A stretch of 48,115 nucleotides of DNA from a virus, in the IMG/VR virus record IMGVR_UViG_3300030580_000016; one strand, 5' to 3'. Both the position numbers and the translations under genes were made by a program. The notes under the pieces are model-generated. The model was not told where the DNA came from. It was given only the letters and a program-made list of their open reading frames with translations, and searched no databases. Numbering within the stretch: the first letter of the stretch is position 1; each line of letters begins with the position of its first letter. Shown here piece after piece: positions 16,202 to 23,893 of this stretch.

Positions 16202-17283
16202 TGAGCGCCCTAACAACCGAACAATCCCAAACCGTACTTCACCTTTGCATGAAACTCTCCGCGCTCAAAATAAGCGGCGAGTTCAAGCAAGTAGAAGCCG
16301 GGCCGATAGTATCAACCTACTACTTCACACTTGGCGCGGATATTCCGATTGCTAAGATAATGAAATCTGAGGAGGACTTGGCGCTCGCAGTAGGGGCGCC
16401 GTCTGTACTTATAACCAGACTGGGGGCACAAATTGCGATTGCGATTCCTAACAAGACAAAAGAAACAGTTAGTTACGATAAATGCCTGCACGCTCTTATG
16501 CAAAGCTCTGGACAAGGGCTTCCTATTATGCTCGGAGTTGATACTAAAGGTACTCCAAACACAATTGACCTGCGAGAATCTCCACACATTCTCGCAGCGG
16601 GTTCTACAGGCTCAGGTAAAAGTGTACTCCTTGCAGCTATCATTAGCGGTCTTGCGACTAAACTCTCTTCGAGAGAAATGAAACTAATGCTAGTTGATAC
16701 TAAGCAATTAGACCTGCCGCTATTCGCATCCCTACCACACACCGTAGAAGTCGCGGATGATATAGAGAAAATCTATGTTCTATTCGAACGCCTCATGCAA
16801 ATAGTCCGACAGCGCACGGAAAAAATGAAAGGAGTAGCACGAAACATAACCGAGTACAACCGCATAACCGGCGCGGCACTACCATACTACGTAGTAGTAA
16901 TCGACGAGTACGCAGATATCGTAGGCGCGGATAGTAGCATCGCGCTCAAGTTACAGAAGCTCGTCCAAATCTGCCGAGCCGCTGGAATCCATGTAATCCT
17001 TGCAACACAGCGGCCCTCAGTTAAAATCATAACCGGCGATATCAAAGCGAACTTCGGTACTCGCATCGCACTAAAACTACCAACCGGCTACGATAGCAAA
17101 ACAATCATTGATGAATATGGAGCCGAGCAGCTGCTAGGAAAAGGAGATATGCTATGCAAATTGAGTTCCGACGAACAAGTTACACGGTATCATGGTCCTA
17201 TGCTAAGTATGGATCATATTTCAAACGTACTCGCTAATTGTGATGCGATTCGAGATAGTTACAAGCATTTGAAACTTAATTGA
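16201..17283 (+). CDS. FtsK/SpoIIIE-family DNA-translocase-like ATPase, soluble motor domain only (360 aa)
   Basis: GPIVSTYYF alpha/beta-domain motif, Walker A GSTGSGKS, Walker B YVVVIDEYAD, and ILATQRPS. No TM segments and no gamma domain seen. Confidence 0.85.
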   Translation: MSALTTEQSQTVLHLCMKLSALKISGEFKQVEAGPIVSTYYFTLGADIPIAKIMKSEEDLALAVGAPSVLITRLGAQIAIAIPNKTKETVSYDKCLHALMQSSGQGLPIMLGVDTKGTPNTIDLRESPHILAAGSTGSGKSVLLAAIISGLATKLSSREMKLMLVDTKQLDLPLFASLPHTVEVADDIEKIYVLFERLMQIVRQRTEKMKGVARNITEYNRITGAALPYYVVVIDEYADIVGADSSIALKLQKLVQICRAAGIHVILATQRPSVKIITGDIKANFGTRIALKLPTGYDSKTIIDEYGAEQLLGKGDMLCKLSSDEQVTRYHGPMLSMDHISNVLANCDAIRDSYKHLKLN

Positions 17284-17304
17284 AGACTTAATAGTATCGA
17301 AATC

Positions 17305-17340
17305 TGGCCTTGGCCCCCTGTATGGGGTCAGGGCCATTTT
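17305..17340 (+). terminator. Rho-independent terminator
   Basis: 13-bp stem TGGCCTTGGCCCC / GGGGTCAGGGCCA (two G-U pairs), 6-nt loop, then TTTT. Confidence 0.7.
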
Positions 17341-17375
17341 CAGGTAAAGGGCTGATCCTAAAGGGGATGCAGGGC

Positions 17376-17404
17376 TTGACGACCCTGTATGCAGGGTGTA
17401 TGCT
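17376..17404 (+). promoter_or_regulatory. Sigma70-type promoter TTGACG-17-TATGCT with a 16-bp palindrome in the spacer
   Basis: TTGACG at 17376-17381 and TATGCT at 17399-17404. The spacer holds ACCCTG-TATG-CAGGGT (17382-17397). The predicted +1 coincides with ATG 17411. Confidence 0.6.
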
Positions 17405-17491
17405 CTCTATATGGAACCCCTTGAGGACAGTAAAAGTCAGACTGCTCGAACATTCGATGGCTTCTATCGAACAACGGGCAAGAAGACGAAA

Positions 17492-17647
17492 ATGGCAGGA
17501 TTTAGGATTTATCAAGAACAAGCTGATAAACTTAAATCAGACTACGAGGGTAATACATCGGTACTTGTAAGATTGCTACTTGAAAAGTATTTTAATGGTG
17601 AATTACCCGAAGTAGAAACGAAGTATAAACAGTTAGTTGGGGAGTAA
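17492..17647 (+). CDS. Ribbon-helix-helix (Arc/CopG-like) DNA-binding protein, 51 aa core (alternative leaderless start at 17411 gives 78 aa)
   Basis: MAGFRIYQEQADKLKSDYEGNTSVLVRLLLEKYF fits a beta-strand/helix/helix pattern and the typical RHH length. It lies just downstream of a palindrome-bearing promoter. Confidence 0.55.
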   Translation: MAGFRIYQEQADKLKSDYEGNTSVLVRLLLEKYFNGELPEVETKYKQLVGE

Positions 17648-17652
17648 TCCTT

Positions 17653-18264
17653 ATGGCTTCTGAGAAATACGGCGGAGATGTAATACCTTGCTGTGCGGCC
17701 TGTGACATAATACCAGACGGTACGAAAATTTGCACTAAGTGTGCGGTCGTATTTTGCAAACACTTTGCGTCATCAACAGATGTGCGGTACTGCGCGAATT
17801 GCATAAGCGACTTCACCATAAAGGAGACTATTATGGAGAAGATTGTAGAGCATGAAAGGCCTGATGGAACTGTTACATTCTCCCGGAAGTACCAAGCAAG
17901 GCATATTACTTTGCAGGGAACAGATTGGTTATTTGCCGCACATAAGATAGAGGAGATGACGGATGCGGAGATTGAAGCGTCGATAGAATATCATCGCGCT
18001 AATGTTGGACTGATGTTACAAGAGCGAGAGAGTAGGAAGCTGGAGAGATTTAAGAAGCTTTCTGGAATCAAACTCGTGCATGAGAAGCATGAATCTCAGT
18101 TTGATAGAGAGAAGCGCGAGTCAAAAAGTAGCGGGAAGAAAACGCGCACTAAGGTTAAAGAGAAAGAAGTAACTGGCGAGCAGCTACTACAGATGCTTCA
18201 GACTTTAGCTAAGAGCGGATTGAGTATGGAGCAAATTACTGGAATACTAGGAGGGAAGAAGTAA
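17653..18264 (+). CDS. Zinc-ribbon protein (203 aa)
   Basis: CCAAC...CTKC...FCKH...YCANC at the N-terminus, with a basic K/E-rich C-terminal half. Confidence 0.75.
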   Translation: MASEKYGGDVIPCCAACDIIPDGTKICTKCAVVFCKHFASSTDVRYCANCISDFTIKETIMEKIVEHERPDGTVTFSRKYQARHITLQGTDWLFAAHKIEEMTDAEIEASIEYHRANVGLMLQERESRKLERFKKLSGIKLVHEKHESQFDREKRESKSSGKKTRTKVKEKEVTGEQLLQMLQTLAKSGLSMEQITGILGGKK

Positions 18265-18265
18265 T

Positions 18266-18634
18266 ATGGGGATTCTTACTGATTACGAGAAGGTTAGAGC
18301 GGCGGCCGGGAGTTATCTAACCGGGGACCAGTACAAAGAACAGCAAGCAGCTAAACAGCAGGAAGAAATTAGACGTGCGGTGCCGAAGTTCGAAGCAGAT
18401 GGGCAATATATAGGAATGTTAGCTGGCAAGAATGACCCAGTTAATAGCCCATCGCACTACACAAGCGGTGGAATTGAAACAATTGATTTTATTGAAGCAA
18501 AGAAGCTTAATTATAATTTGGGTAATACTGTGAAATATATTACGAGAGCAGGGAAGAAAGATAACACGATACAAGACCTAGAAAAAGCAGCATGGTATTT
18601 AGCACGAGAGATAAAAACCCTAAAGGGAAACTAA
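18266..18634 (+). CDS. DUF3310-like phage protein (122 aa)
   Basis: SPSHYTSGGIETIDFIE...GNTVKYITRAGKK...DLEKAAWYL matches the pattern I recall for DUF3310. Confidence 0.65.
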   Translation: MGILTDYEKVRAAAGSYLTGDQYKEQQAAKQQEEIRRAVPKFEADGQYIGMLAGKNDPVNSPSHYTSGGIETIDFIEAKKLNYNLGNTVKYITRAGKKDNTIQDLEKAAWYLAREIKTLKGN

Positions 18635-18638
18635 AACT

Positions 18639-19685
18639 ATGAACATAGCAGATGCAGTGAGCAAGTTCCATTGGATGCAGCTTGGAGAAGATGGCGTTGT
18701 TGAGATGTTCCTCGACCATCACTCACTCGCAACCTTCCGTAGTTGCGAGGCCAGCTTTGAGCTTTCCATGATGGCTAATATCAAAGGAAAGCATAAAAGC
18801 TGGAACCTTGAGTTCGGTATTGTGTTTCATAAGATGGTTGAGTTGTTCTACATTGGCAAACGCGATGAAACATTTGAGTTCAATGATTGGCTGAGCAAGG
18901 CTTGCTACTACTGGCATCTGTATAATATTGATAGCCAGTTCGAAGAGCATAAGATGTACAAAACTCTTGGAGGCTTGCACGGATTCCTAGCAATGCTTGG
19001 CCAGTACGCAACTCATTTCGCAGCGGAAGTAGATCGGCTCCGGGTTATTGGAATCGAGATTACTTTTGGTAAGAAGCGGGAGGTTCCACTGGGGGAATTT
19101 CAGGTAAGTGAGTATTATACTCAGGGGAATGTTAAAGGATTCCAGTTCGGAAGTAAGGAAGTACGCTGCTACCTAACCGGGCGCATCGACTTTTTAATGG
19201 ACTCCGGGAATGCAATCGGGCCATTAGATCACAAGACCACTGCATTTTTTAAGGGTTCCCCAAGTGCAAGCTACGACCCGCAAGAGGGGATGACCGGATA
19301 CGTTTACGCGACTAACTATATTCTAAAAAGTCGATTCCCTGAGCTATTAGCTGGGCGCAAAGTAGATCGTATCTGGATGAACTTCGCACAAATAACCCCG
19401 CAAGCTGATCCGATGCAGCGTTTTAAAAGAGTCCCACTATTCAAAACGGAGTGGCAACTTGAAGAATACAGAAAACGACAACTCAGAACTTTTCATAAAA
19501 TATACGATATGGTCGTGCTTGGCGAAAGACCGGATTGGAATACAAGTGTATGCAACAATATGTTCCACTCCGAATGCCAGTACAGGAATTTACACAGGCA
19601 AAATAGTAGCAGTAACATGCTCAACATCTTGAACCAAGACTTCGTAGTAGCAGAACCTTGGAACCCAGAAGAAATGGAGGATTAA
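18639..19685 (+). CDS. PD-(D/E)XK nuclease, Cas4/RecB-like (348 aa)
   Basis: N-terminal HSLATFRSCEASFEL, core GRIDFLMD...PLDHKTT (D...D-x-K), and C-terminal Cys pair VCNNMFHSEC. Confidence 0.7.
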   Translation: MNIADAVSKFHWMQLGEDGVVEMFLDHHSLATFRSCEASFELSMMANIKGKHKSWNLEFGIVFHKMVELFYIGKRDETFEFNDWLSKACYYWHLYNIDSQFEEHKMYKTLGGLHGFLAMLGQYATHFAAEVDRLRVIGIEITFGKKREVPLGEFQVSEYYTQGNVKGFQFGSKEVRCYLTGRIDFLMDSGNAIGPLDHKTTAFFKGSPSASYDPQEGMTGYVYATNYILKSRFPELLAGRKVDRIWMNFAQITPQADPMQRFKRVPLFKTEWQLEEYRKRQLRTFHKIYDMVVLGERPDWNTSVCNNMFHSECQYRNLHRQNSSSNMLNILNQDFVVAEPWNPEEMED

Positions 19686-19972
19686 TGCATTCTATATCTC
19701 CAGTTTATAACGAGGAGTGCGTACCAGCAGAACAAGTAATAGCTCTAGATCAGCCTGAATATCTGCCACTAGTAACTCTGCGAGTACCTGAATTCGGAGA
19801 TATTTGCCTAGCTCGTTACGAATTCACAGACGAAGAGAGAAAGCTAATAGCAGATGGAGCGGACTTAGTAGTTTCTGAAATGTTATTCGGGGGGAGTTAT
19901 ACGCCGATGGCGCTTGAGGTTACTCCTAAGAATACAAAACCAACAATGATTGACATAGAAATGAGAGGATAA
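19685..19972 (+). CDS. Hypothetical protein (95 aa)
   Basis: GGAGG RBS. TAATG coupling to the nuclease gene. Confidence 0.65.
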   Translation: MHSISPVYNEECVPAEQVIALDQPEYLPLVTLRVPEFGDICLARYEFTDEERKLIADGADLVVSEMLFGGSYTPMALEVTPKNTKPTMIDIEMRG

Positions 19973-19976
19973 TCAA

Positions 19977-20108
19977 TTGAACCTCGGACCCCGTTGCCAG
20001 GAAGTATTAGAAAACCGTTGCCAGTGCCCGAACACAGTAGTAGAGGGCAAGCAGTTCTGCAAGTTGCACTTGAAAGCGTCAGTTGTAACATCAACTTCAA
20101 CCAAATAA
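19977..20108 (+). CDS. Possible Cys-rich micro-protein (43 aa, TTG start)
   Basis: AGAGGA 7 nt upstream of the TTG. MNLGPRCQEVLENRCQCPNTVVEGKQFCKLH.... Translated manually. Confidence 0.35.
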   Translation: MNLGPRCQEVLENRCQCPNTVVEGKQFCKLHLKASVVTSTSTK

Positions 20109-20120
20109 GCGAGAGCTAAA

Positions 20121-20903
20121 ATGCCATACGAAAACATAAGCGGATTAATAGATATCGAAGCAGAGCCGAGACTAAAGATCGCGGTAGTAGGAGTTCCAAA
20201 GGTGGGTAAAAGCTGGTTTGCTTATACCTCGCCGGCGCCGGTATGGAGTTTTGATTTCGATACTAGAAGCGAGAGTTTGAAGGAGTTTTGCTCTAAGTAT
20301 AAGCGTACAGACGTAGAAGGAAAGTCTTACTGGGACAAAGACCCAAACATCCCAACAGCTATGCAGGCAGTTGAAACAGATATCAGCATGTTCGAGTATC
20401 TAAAGCAGCAAGGAAAAACAACCCCTGCTACTTATATACTCGATAGCATGACTTTTATGAGAGCGGTGATGGAGCATGAACTCATCAAACAGCAACCGTC
20501 TTTTTGTAGAAAAGTTAAAATTAACTCCACAGAAATTAAGATCCCGGCTGGTTGGGATGTCATTAATGGAGTTCGTGCATACATGGAGTATATCATCGGA
20601 CGGCTATCTGAACTCGGTCATGTCATCGCAGTATTTCACGAAGCCGATGAGACAGATAAACAGAAATCTACCAAAGAGCAAAAAGCTTACACGGGATTAA
20701 AAACAGTACAACCTCCGTACCTAGCGACCGTGCTTAGTTTATTTAATGACGTATTCCGAATAACGGTTGACTACTCCGGCGCACGTATCGTTCAGTGCCA
20801 GCCTAATTCAGATTTCACAGCTTCTACCAGCATGAAACTTGATGCTACAGAAGCTCCCGATATTATGCAGATGCTCGCTAAACACAAGCAACGCTCGGCA
20901 TAG
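20121..20903 (+). CDS. RecA-like P-loop ATPase of the AAA_24/Sak4-like type (260 aa)
   Basis: KIAVVGVPKVGKSWFA Walker A near the N-terminus and YILDSMTF Walker-B-like motif. Adjacent to the SSB-like and nuclease genes. Confidence 0.65.
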   Translation: MPYENISGLIDIEAEPRLKIAVVGVPKVGKSWFAYTSPAPVWSFDFDTRSESLKEFCSKYKRTDVEGKSYWDKDPNIPTAMQAVETDISMFEYLKQQGKTTPATYILDSMTFMRAVMEHELIKQQPSFCRKVKINSTEIKIPAGWDVINGVRAYMEYIIGRLSELGHVIAVFHEADETDKQKSTKEQKAYTGLKTVQPPYLATVLSLFNDVFRITVDYSGARIVQCQPNSDFTASTSMKLDATEAPDIMQMLAKHKQRSA

Positions 20904-20967
20904 TTACCACCGTAGTAAATGATTCATAGATTCTAAAAACTAACTAAATCGAAAAGAGGATACAAAG

Positions 20968-21468
20968 ATGGGTTTTCAAATGAAGGTCTCCAATGAGAAG
21001 CTCGAAGGTATGGATGTTTTTCCGGCTGGCCAGTACGATGTAAAGCTAGTAGGTTTTAAGCCCAACAAAGCTAAGACCGGTTCTACTAACTTGAACGCGA
21101 TGATGGTAGTTCATGGGCATCCAGATTTTGCGAATCGGAAGTTGTATGATTCGTTGAATGTGGGCGGCGCGTTTACTTATCCTGATTTCTCGCACTGCTT
21201 CGGCTTGCCAATGGAGACGGACGGAAAAGATAGCTGGTTGCCGGGAGAGTGGAATGGCGATCCTGCTAAGTTTAAGGAAGATGATCCTACTACTTGGGTC
21301 TATAAAGGGCCGCTGGTTGGCAGGATTGGTAAAGTGGAAGTAGCAGTTGATAACTACAACGGCAAGGACAATAACAAAATCCGTCGGTACTTCTGCGCGG
21401 TTCCTGATTGCGCTACGAAGTTCCCGAAGATTCGGCATATTGCGGATTTGCTGAAGAAGAGCAGCTAA
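20968..21468 (+). CDS. DUF669-like single-stranded DNA-binding protein candidate (166 aa)
   Basis: AGAGGA RBS. FPAGQYDVKLVGFKPNKAKTGSTNLNAMMVVHG...RKLYDSLN resembles the DUF669 N-terminal pattern. Typical neighbour of AAA_24 genes. Confidence 0.5.
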   Translation: MGFQMKVSNEKLEGMDVFPAGQYDVKLVGFKPNKAKTGSTNLNAMMVVHGHPDFANRKLYDSLNVGGAFTYPDFSHCFGLPMETDGKDSWLPGEWNGDPAKFKEDDPTTWVYKGPLVGRIGKVEVAVDNYNGKDNNKIRRYFCAVPDCATKFPKIRHIADLLKKSS

Positions 21469-21478
21469 TTACTAACAA

Positions 21479-21500
21479 GGGGCGGCTAGTACAGCGCCCC
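21479..21500 (+). terminator. GC hairpin after the SSB-like gene (weak terminator candidate)
   Basis: GGGGCG / CGCCCC 6-bp stem with a 10-nt loop. No strong T-run. Confidence 0.3.
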
Positions 21501-21535
21501 ATTAACTCTTTCTAAAGGAAAAGGAGAATTAGCAA

Positions 21536-21667
21536 ATGGTATTCGAAAACGACGAGGAAATTCTAGACGCAGACTTCCAGGATATTTATGACGAAGATGA
21601 AGATGAAAGCGAAGAAGACGAGGACGAAGATGCCGACGACGAATCCGAATACGAAGACGAAGATTAA
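21536..21667 (+). CDS. Hyper-acidic 43-aa peptide
   Basis: AAGGAG 8 nt upstream of ATG 21536. MVFENDEEILDADFQDIYDEDEDESEEDEDEDADDESEYEDED has 28 of 43 residues Asp/Glu and no basic residue. Confidence 0.6.
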   Translation: MVFENDEEILDADFQDIYDEDEDESEEDEDEDADDESEYEDED

Positions 21668-21707
21668 ACTTAACAAAGTAGGAATTAACGCGCTGGAGTA
21701 TCGGGGC

Positions 21708-21857
21708 ATGTCAGATAATACTATGCTGATGATCCTAAACCAAGACGGCGACCAGCCAATTGTAACTCGGCGCGCTATTAGGTGGCTCTGCATTCAAGTA
21801 CTAGGACAGTATGGTTATGAGTTTGAGGTAGATGATAATGCCACTTCTAGGAAGTAA
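21708..21857 (+). CDS. Possible small ORF (49 aa, MSDNTMLMILNQDGDQPIV...)
   Basis: GGAG 10 nt upstream. It is the C-terminal part of track ORF 21588..21857. Confidence 0.45.
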   Translation: MSDNTMLMILNQDGDQPIVTRRAIRWLCIQVLGQYGYEFEVDDNATSRK

Positions 21858-22965
21858 AGGCAATCCGACAAGTCCGGTGTGGGTGCTGGTAGATAGACCA
21901 TTGTCAGGTGACGAGGACAAGGGATATCTATTTAGTGCCCCCACCGGATACGTCTGGGACAAGATGATGCAAGAGGCGGGGATTAAAGATTACTATGTTA
22001 CTGGCTATCGCCGGGACACAGATAACCTCAAAGGCTGGTCCAACGTAGCAGGAGACTTAGAGCACTACCGACCGCCTATTATTATCCCACTCGGACATAC
22101 TGGTAAGAACCTGCTAAACCAGATGAACCCGAAGTATTTGAAGAAAAAAGGCTCCTTCGACACCGCGAACGAAGAATCAGAGATTAGCAAGTACGCCGGC
22201 TCAATCCTAACAAGCACTCACCTCAACTATTCCCACTACATAATCCCAACCGAGCATCCCGTAGATGTAATCAAGCAGTGGAAGATGCGGGATATTGTTA
22301 TTAACTGTGACCTAGCAAAAGCCGCTAGTGAACTTGAATACTGGAAAAGCCATGCATGTACTCTTCAGCCACTTCCAGAACGGACTCATAAAATACAGTT
22401 TGATTGCTTTGAAGAACTTCTTTGTGATATTGACAATATGCTCAATTGTCCTATTGTTAGTAACGATATCGAAACTATTTACCCAAAAGCGCCAACTAAA
22501 ACGCAGCCATCTCAATTCTACAAAATCCTACCCGGCTATCCTATTACCGCTTCTTTCGCTAGTAGTGCAAGCTTTAGCATTAGTTTTGACTTTTTTCGTG
22601 AAAGTACTATTGAGACACGAGAGCTTTGGAAGCACCTTGCAAAACTCATGTGGGAAGTCCCTAGTCTCGGTCAGAATTTCTTCAACTTCGACGCCAACTT
22701 CTACGAAGCCTTGGGTTTTAGAATCGACCTTAGTAGATGTAGAGATACTTTGATTAATCATCATTTGCTCTGGGCGGAGCTAAAGCATACGTTGCAGTTC
22801 CAGACGCGGCAGTATACTAGGGAGCCGTACTATAAAGACGAAGGGCATGGGTGGAACATTAAAGATATGCGGCAGCTAAAGATTTACAACTGCAAAGATA
22901 CTATGGTTACTTATGAGATTTATGAGTGCCAACTATTAGAATTAGCAGAGAGAGGATTACTATAA
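21832..22965 (+). CDS. DNA polymerase A, N-terminal gene: UDG-fold domain plus 3'-5' exonuclease domain (377 aa)
   Basis: UDG-family-4-like layout VWVLVDRPLSGDEDKGYLFSAPTGYVWDKMM with a degenerate GE(A/G)PG motif. Exo I VSNDIET, Exo II NFFNFDANF, Exo III YNCKDTMVTYEIY. Confidence 0.8.
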   Translation: MIMPLLGSKGNPTSPVWVLVDRPLSGDEDKGYLFSAPTGYVWDKMMQEAGIKDYYVTGYRRDTDNLKGWSNVAGDLEHYRPPIIIPLGHTGKNLLNQMNPKYLKKKGSFDTANEESEISKYAGSILTSTHLNYSHYIIPTEHPVDVIKQWKMRDIVINCDLAKAASELEYWKSHACTLQPLPERTHKIQFDCFEELLCDIDNMLNCPIVSNDIETIYPKAPTKTQPSQFYKILPGYPITASFASSASFSISFDFFRESTIETRELWKHLAKLMWEVPSLGQNFFNFDANFYEALGFRIDLSRCRDTLINHHLLWAELKHTLQFQTRQYTREPYYKDEGHGWNIKDMRQLKIYNCKDTMVTYEIYECQLLELAERGLL

Positions 22966-23480
22966 TGTTTGATCTTTATGATGATTTTAATACGGTAGAG
23001 CCTGCCGCCCCTGTTGTCCAACACGAGCCACCTGACGCCGGGTATACGTTTGATCACAAACAGGGATGCCCATGCGGATCGTGGCACCATGAATGCGGCA
23101 GTGACTGCCCGCATTGCAATTGTGTACCGTCGCAGCCTACCCCACTCCCTAGCGATGACGCGCTCTGTAGTCTTTGCGGAGAGGGTACAGATCACTGGGC
23201 AGGGAATCCCGGTAAATGGCCGATGAAACTCCCTTACAAAGGTGGAAATGGAAAAACTCGTATCTATCACCGCAGTTGTGTGATCGAAGCTATCGATAAG
23301 ATGCAGAATATCGCCGCACTCCCTGTAGGGCAGATGGAGACGTTTGAGGGATGGTGGAAAGGTGGCGAAGTCACTGAACTTGTATCACATCTTGAAGGCC
23401 AAGACGATCCAATGGAGTGCTACAAATCTTTATCTAAAGCCGCATGGAACGCAGCAAAGGGACAGAAGGAGACGAAGTAA
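22965..23480 (+). CDS. Cys/His-rich hypothetical protein (171 aa)
   Basis: GAGAGGA RBS, TAATG coupling. GCPCGSWHHECGSDCPHCNC...CSLCGEGTDH...YHRSC. Confidence 0.65.
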   Translation: MFDLYDDFNTVEPAAPVVQHEPPDAGYTFDHKQGCPCGSWHHECGSDCPHCNCVPSQPTPLPSDDALCSLCGEGTDHWAGNPGKWPMKLPYKGGNGKTRIYHRSCVIEAIDKMQNIAALPVGQMETFEGWWKGGEVTELVSHLEGQDDPMECYKSLSKAAWNAAKGQKETK

Positions 23481-23674
23481 TGGAAATCACACAAGATTCG
23501 CAAGAGCAACTAGCAGCGGAAATCAACCTAGAATTCGCGAAGCTCGCGCAGCTAGTGGAGGAAAATCCTCCTGCTTACCGACTTTTATACCACATTAATA
23601 AGCGAGTTGTACAATTCATCGACAACGCTCGCTTATTGCAAACGCCAAAACCTAAAGAAATGGTGGAACTCTAA
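23480..23674 (+). CDS. Hypothetical protein (64 aa)
   Basis: TAATG coupling. Internal ATG of the track ORF. Confidence 0.6.
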   Translation: MEITQDSQEQLAAEINLEFAKLAQLVEENPPAYRLLYHINKRVVQFIDNARLLQTPKPKEMVEL

Positions 23675-23691
23675 AGGAAAGGAGCACTAGA

Positions 23692-23877
23692 ATGCAGCTA
23701 GATAGATACGAGCCACACGAAACCAGAACTAAATGCGAGTGTCCTAGTTGTGTAGCTGATAGATTCGAAGCGGGTTTGTGGGATTATGGGTACTCGCTTA
23801 CTAATACCTTCAGCCCGGTAGCGTTAAAAGCGGCGCTTACTATGCTCTATAGAAATCAACCCCCGCAATATAACTAG
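23692..23877 (+). CDS. Hypothetical protein (61 aa)
   Basis: AGGAG RBS. CECPSC motif. Confidence 0.6.
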   Translation: MQLDRYEPHETRTKCECPSCVADRFEAGLWDYGYSLTNTFSPVALKAALTMLYRNQPPQYN

Positions 23878-23893
23878 AAAAGAGGACTCTAAA

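Noticed and set aside
17305-17647. Reading the RHH gene plus operator as evidence of a temperate lifestyle
   Set aside because: No integrase, excisionase, partition system or attachment-site-like repeat was found anywhere in the genome. RHH regulators also occur in lytic phages.
21588-21857. Track ORF of 89 aa with a Lys-rich N-terminus (MTKMKMKAKKTRTKM…), and the antisense ORF 21563..21793
   Set aside because: The Lys-rich and antisense frames are by-products of the GAA/GAC repeat. The acidic frame has a canonical AAGGAG RBS. Only the C-terminal 49 codons (from ATG 21708, with its own GGAG) are kept as a possible gene.
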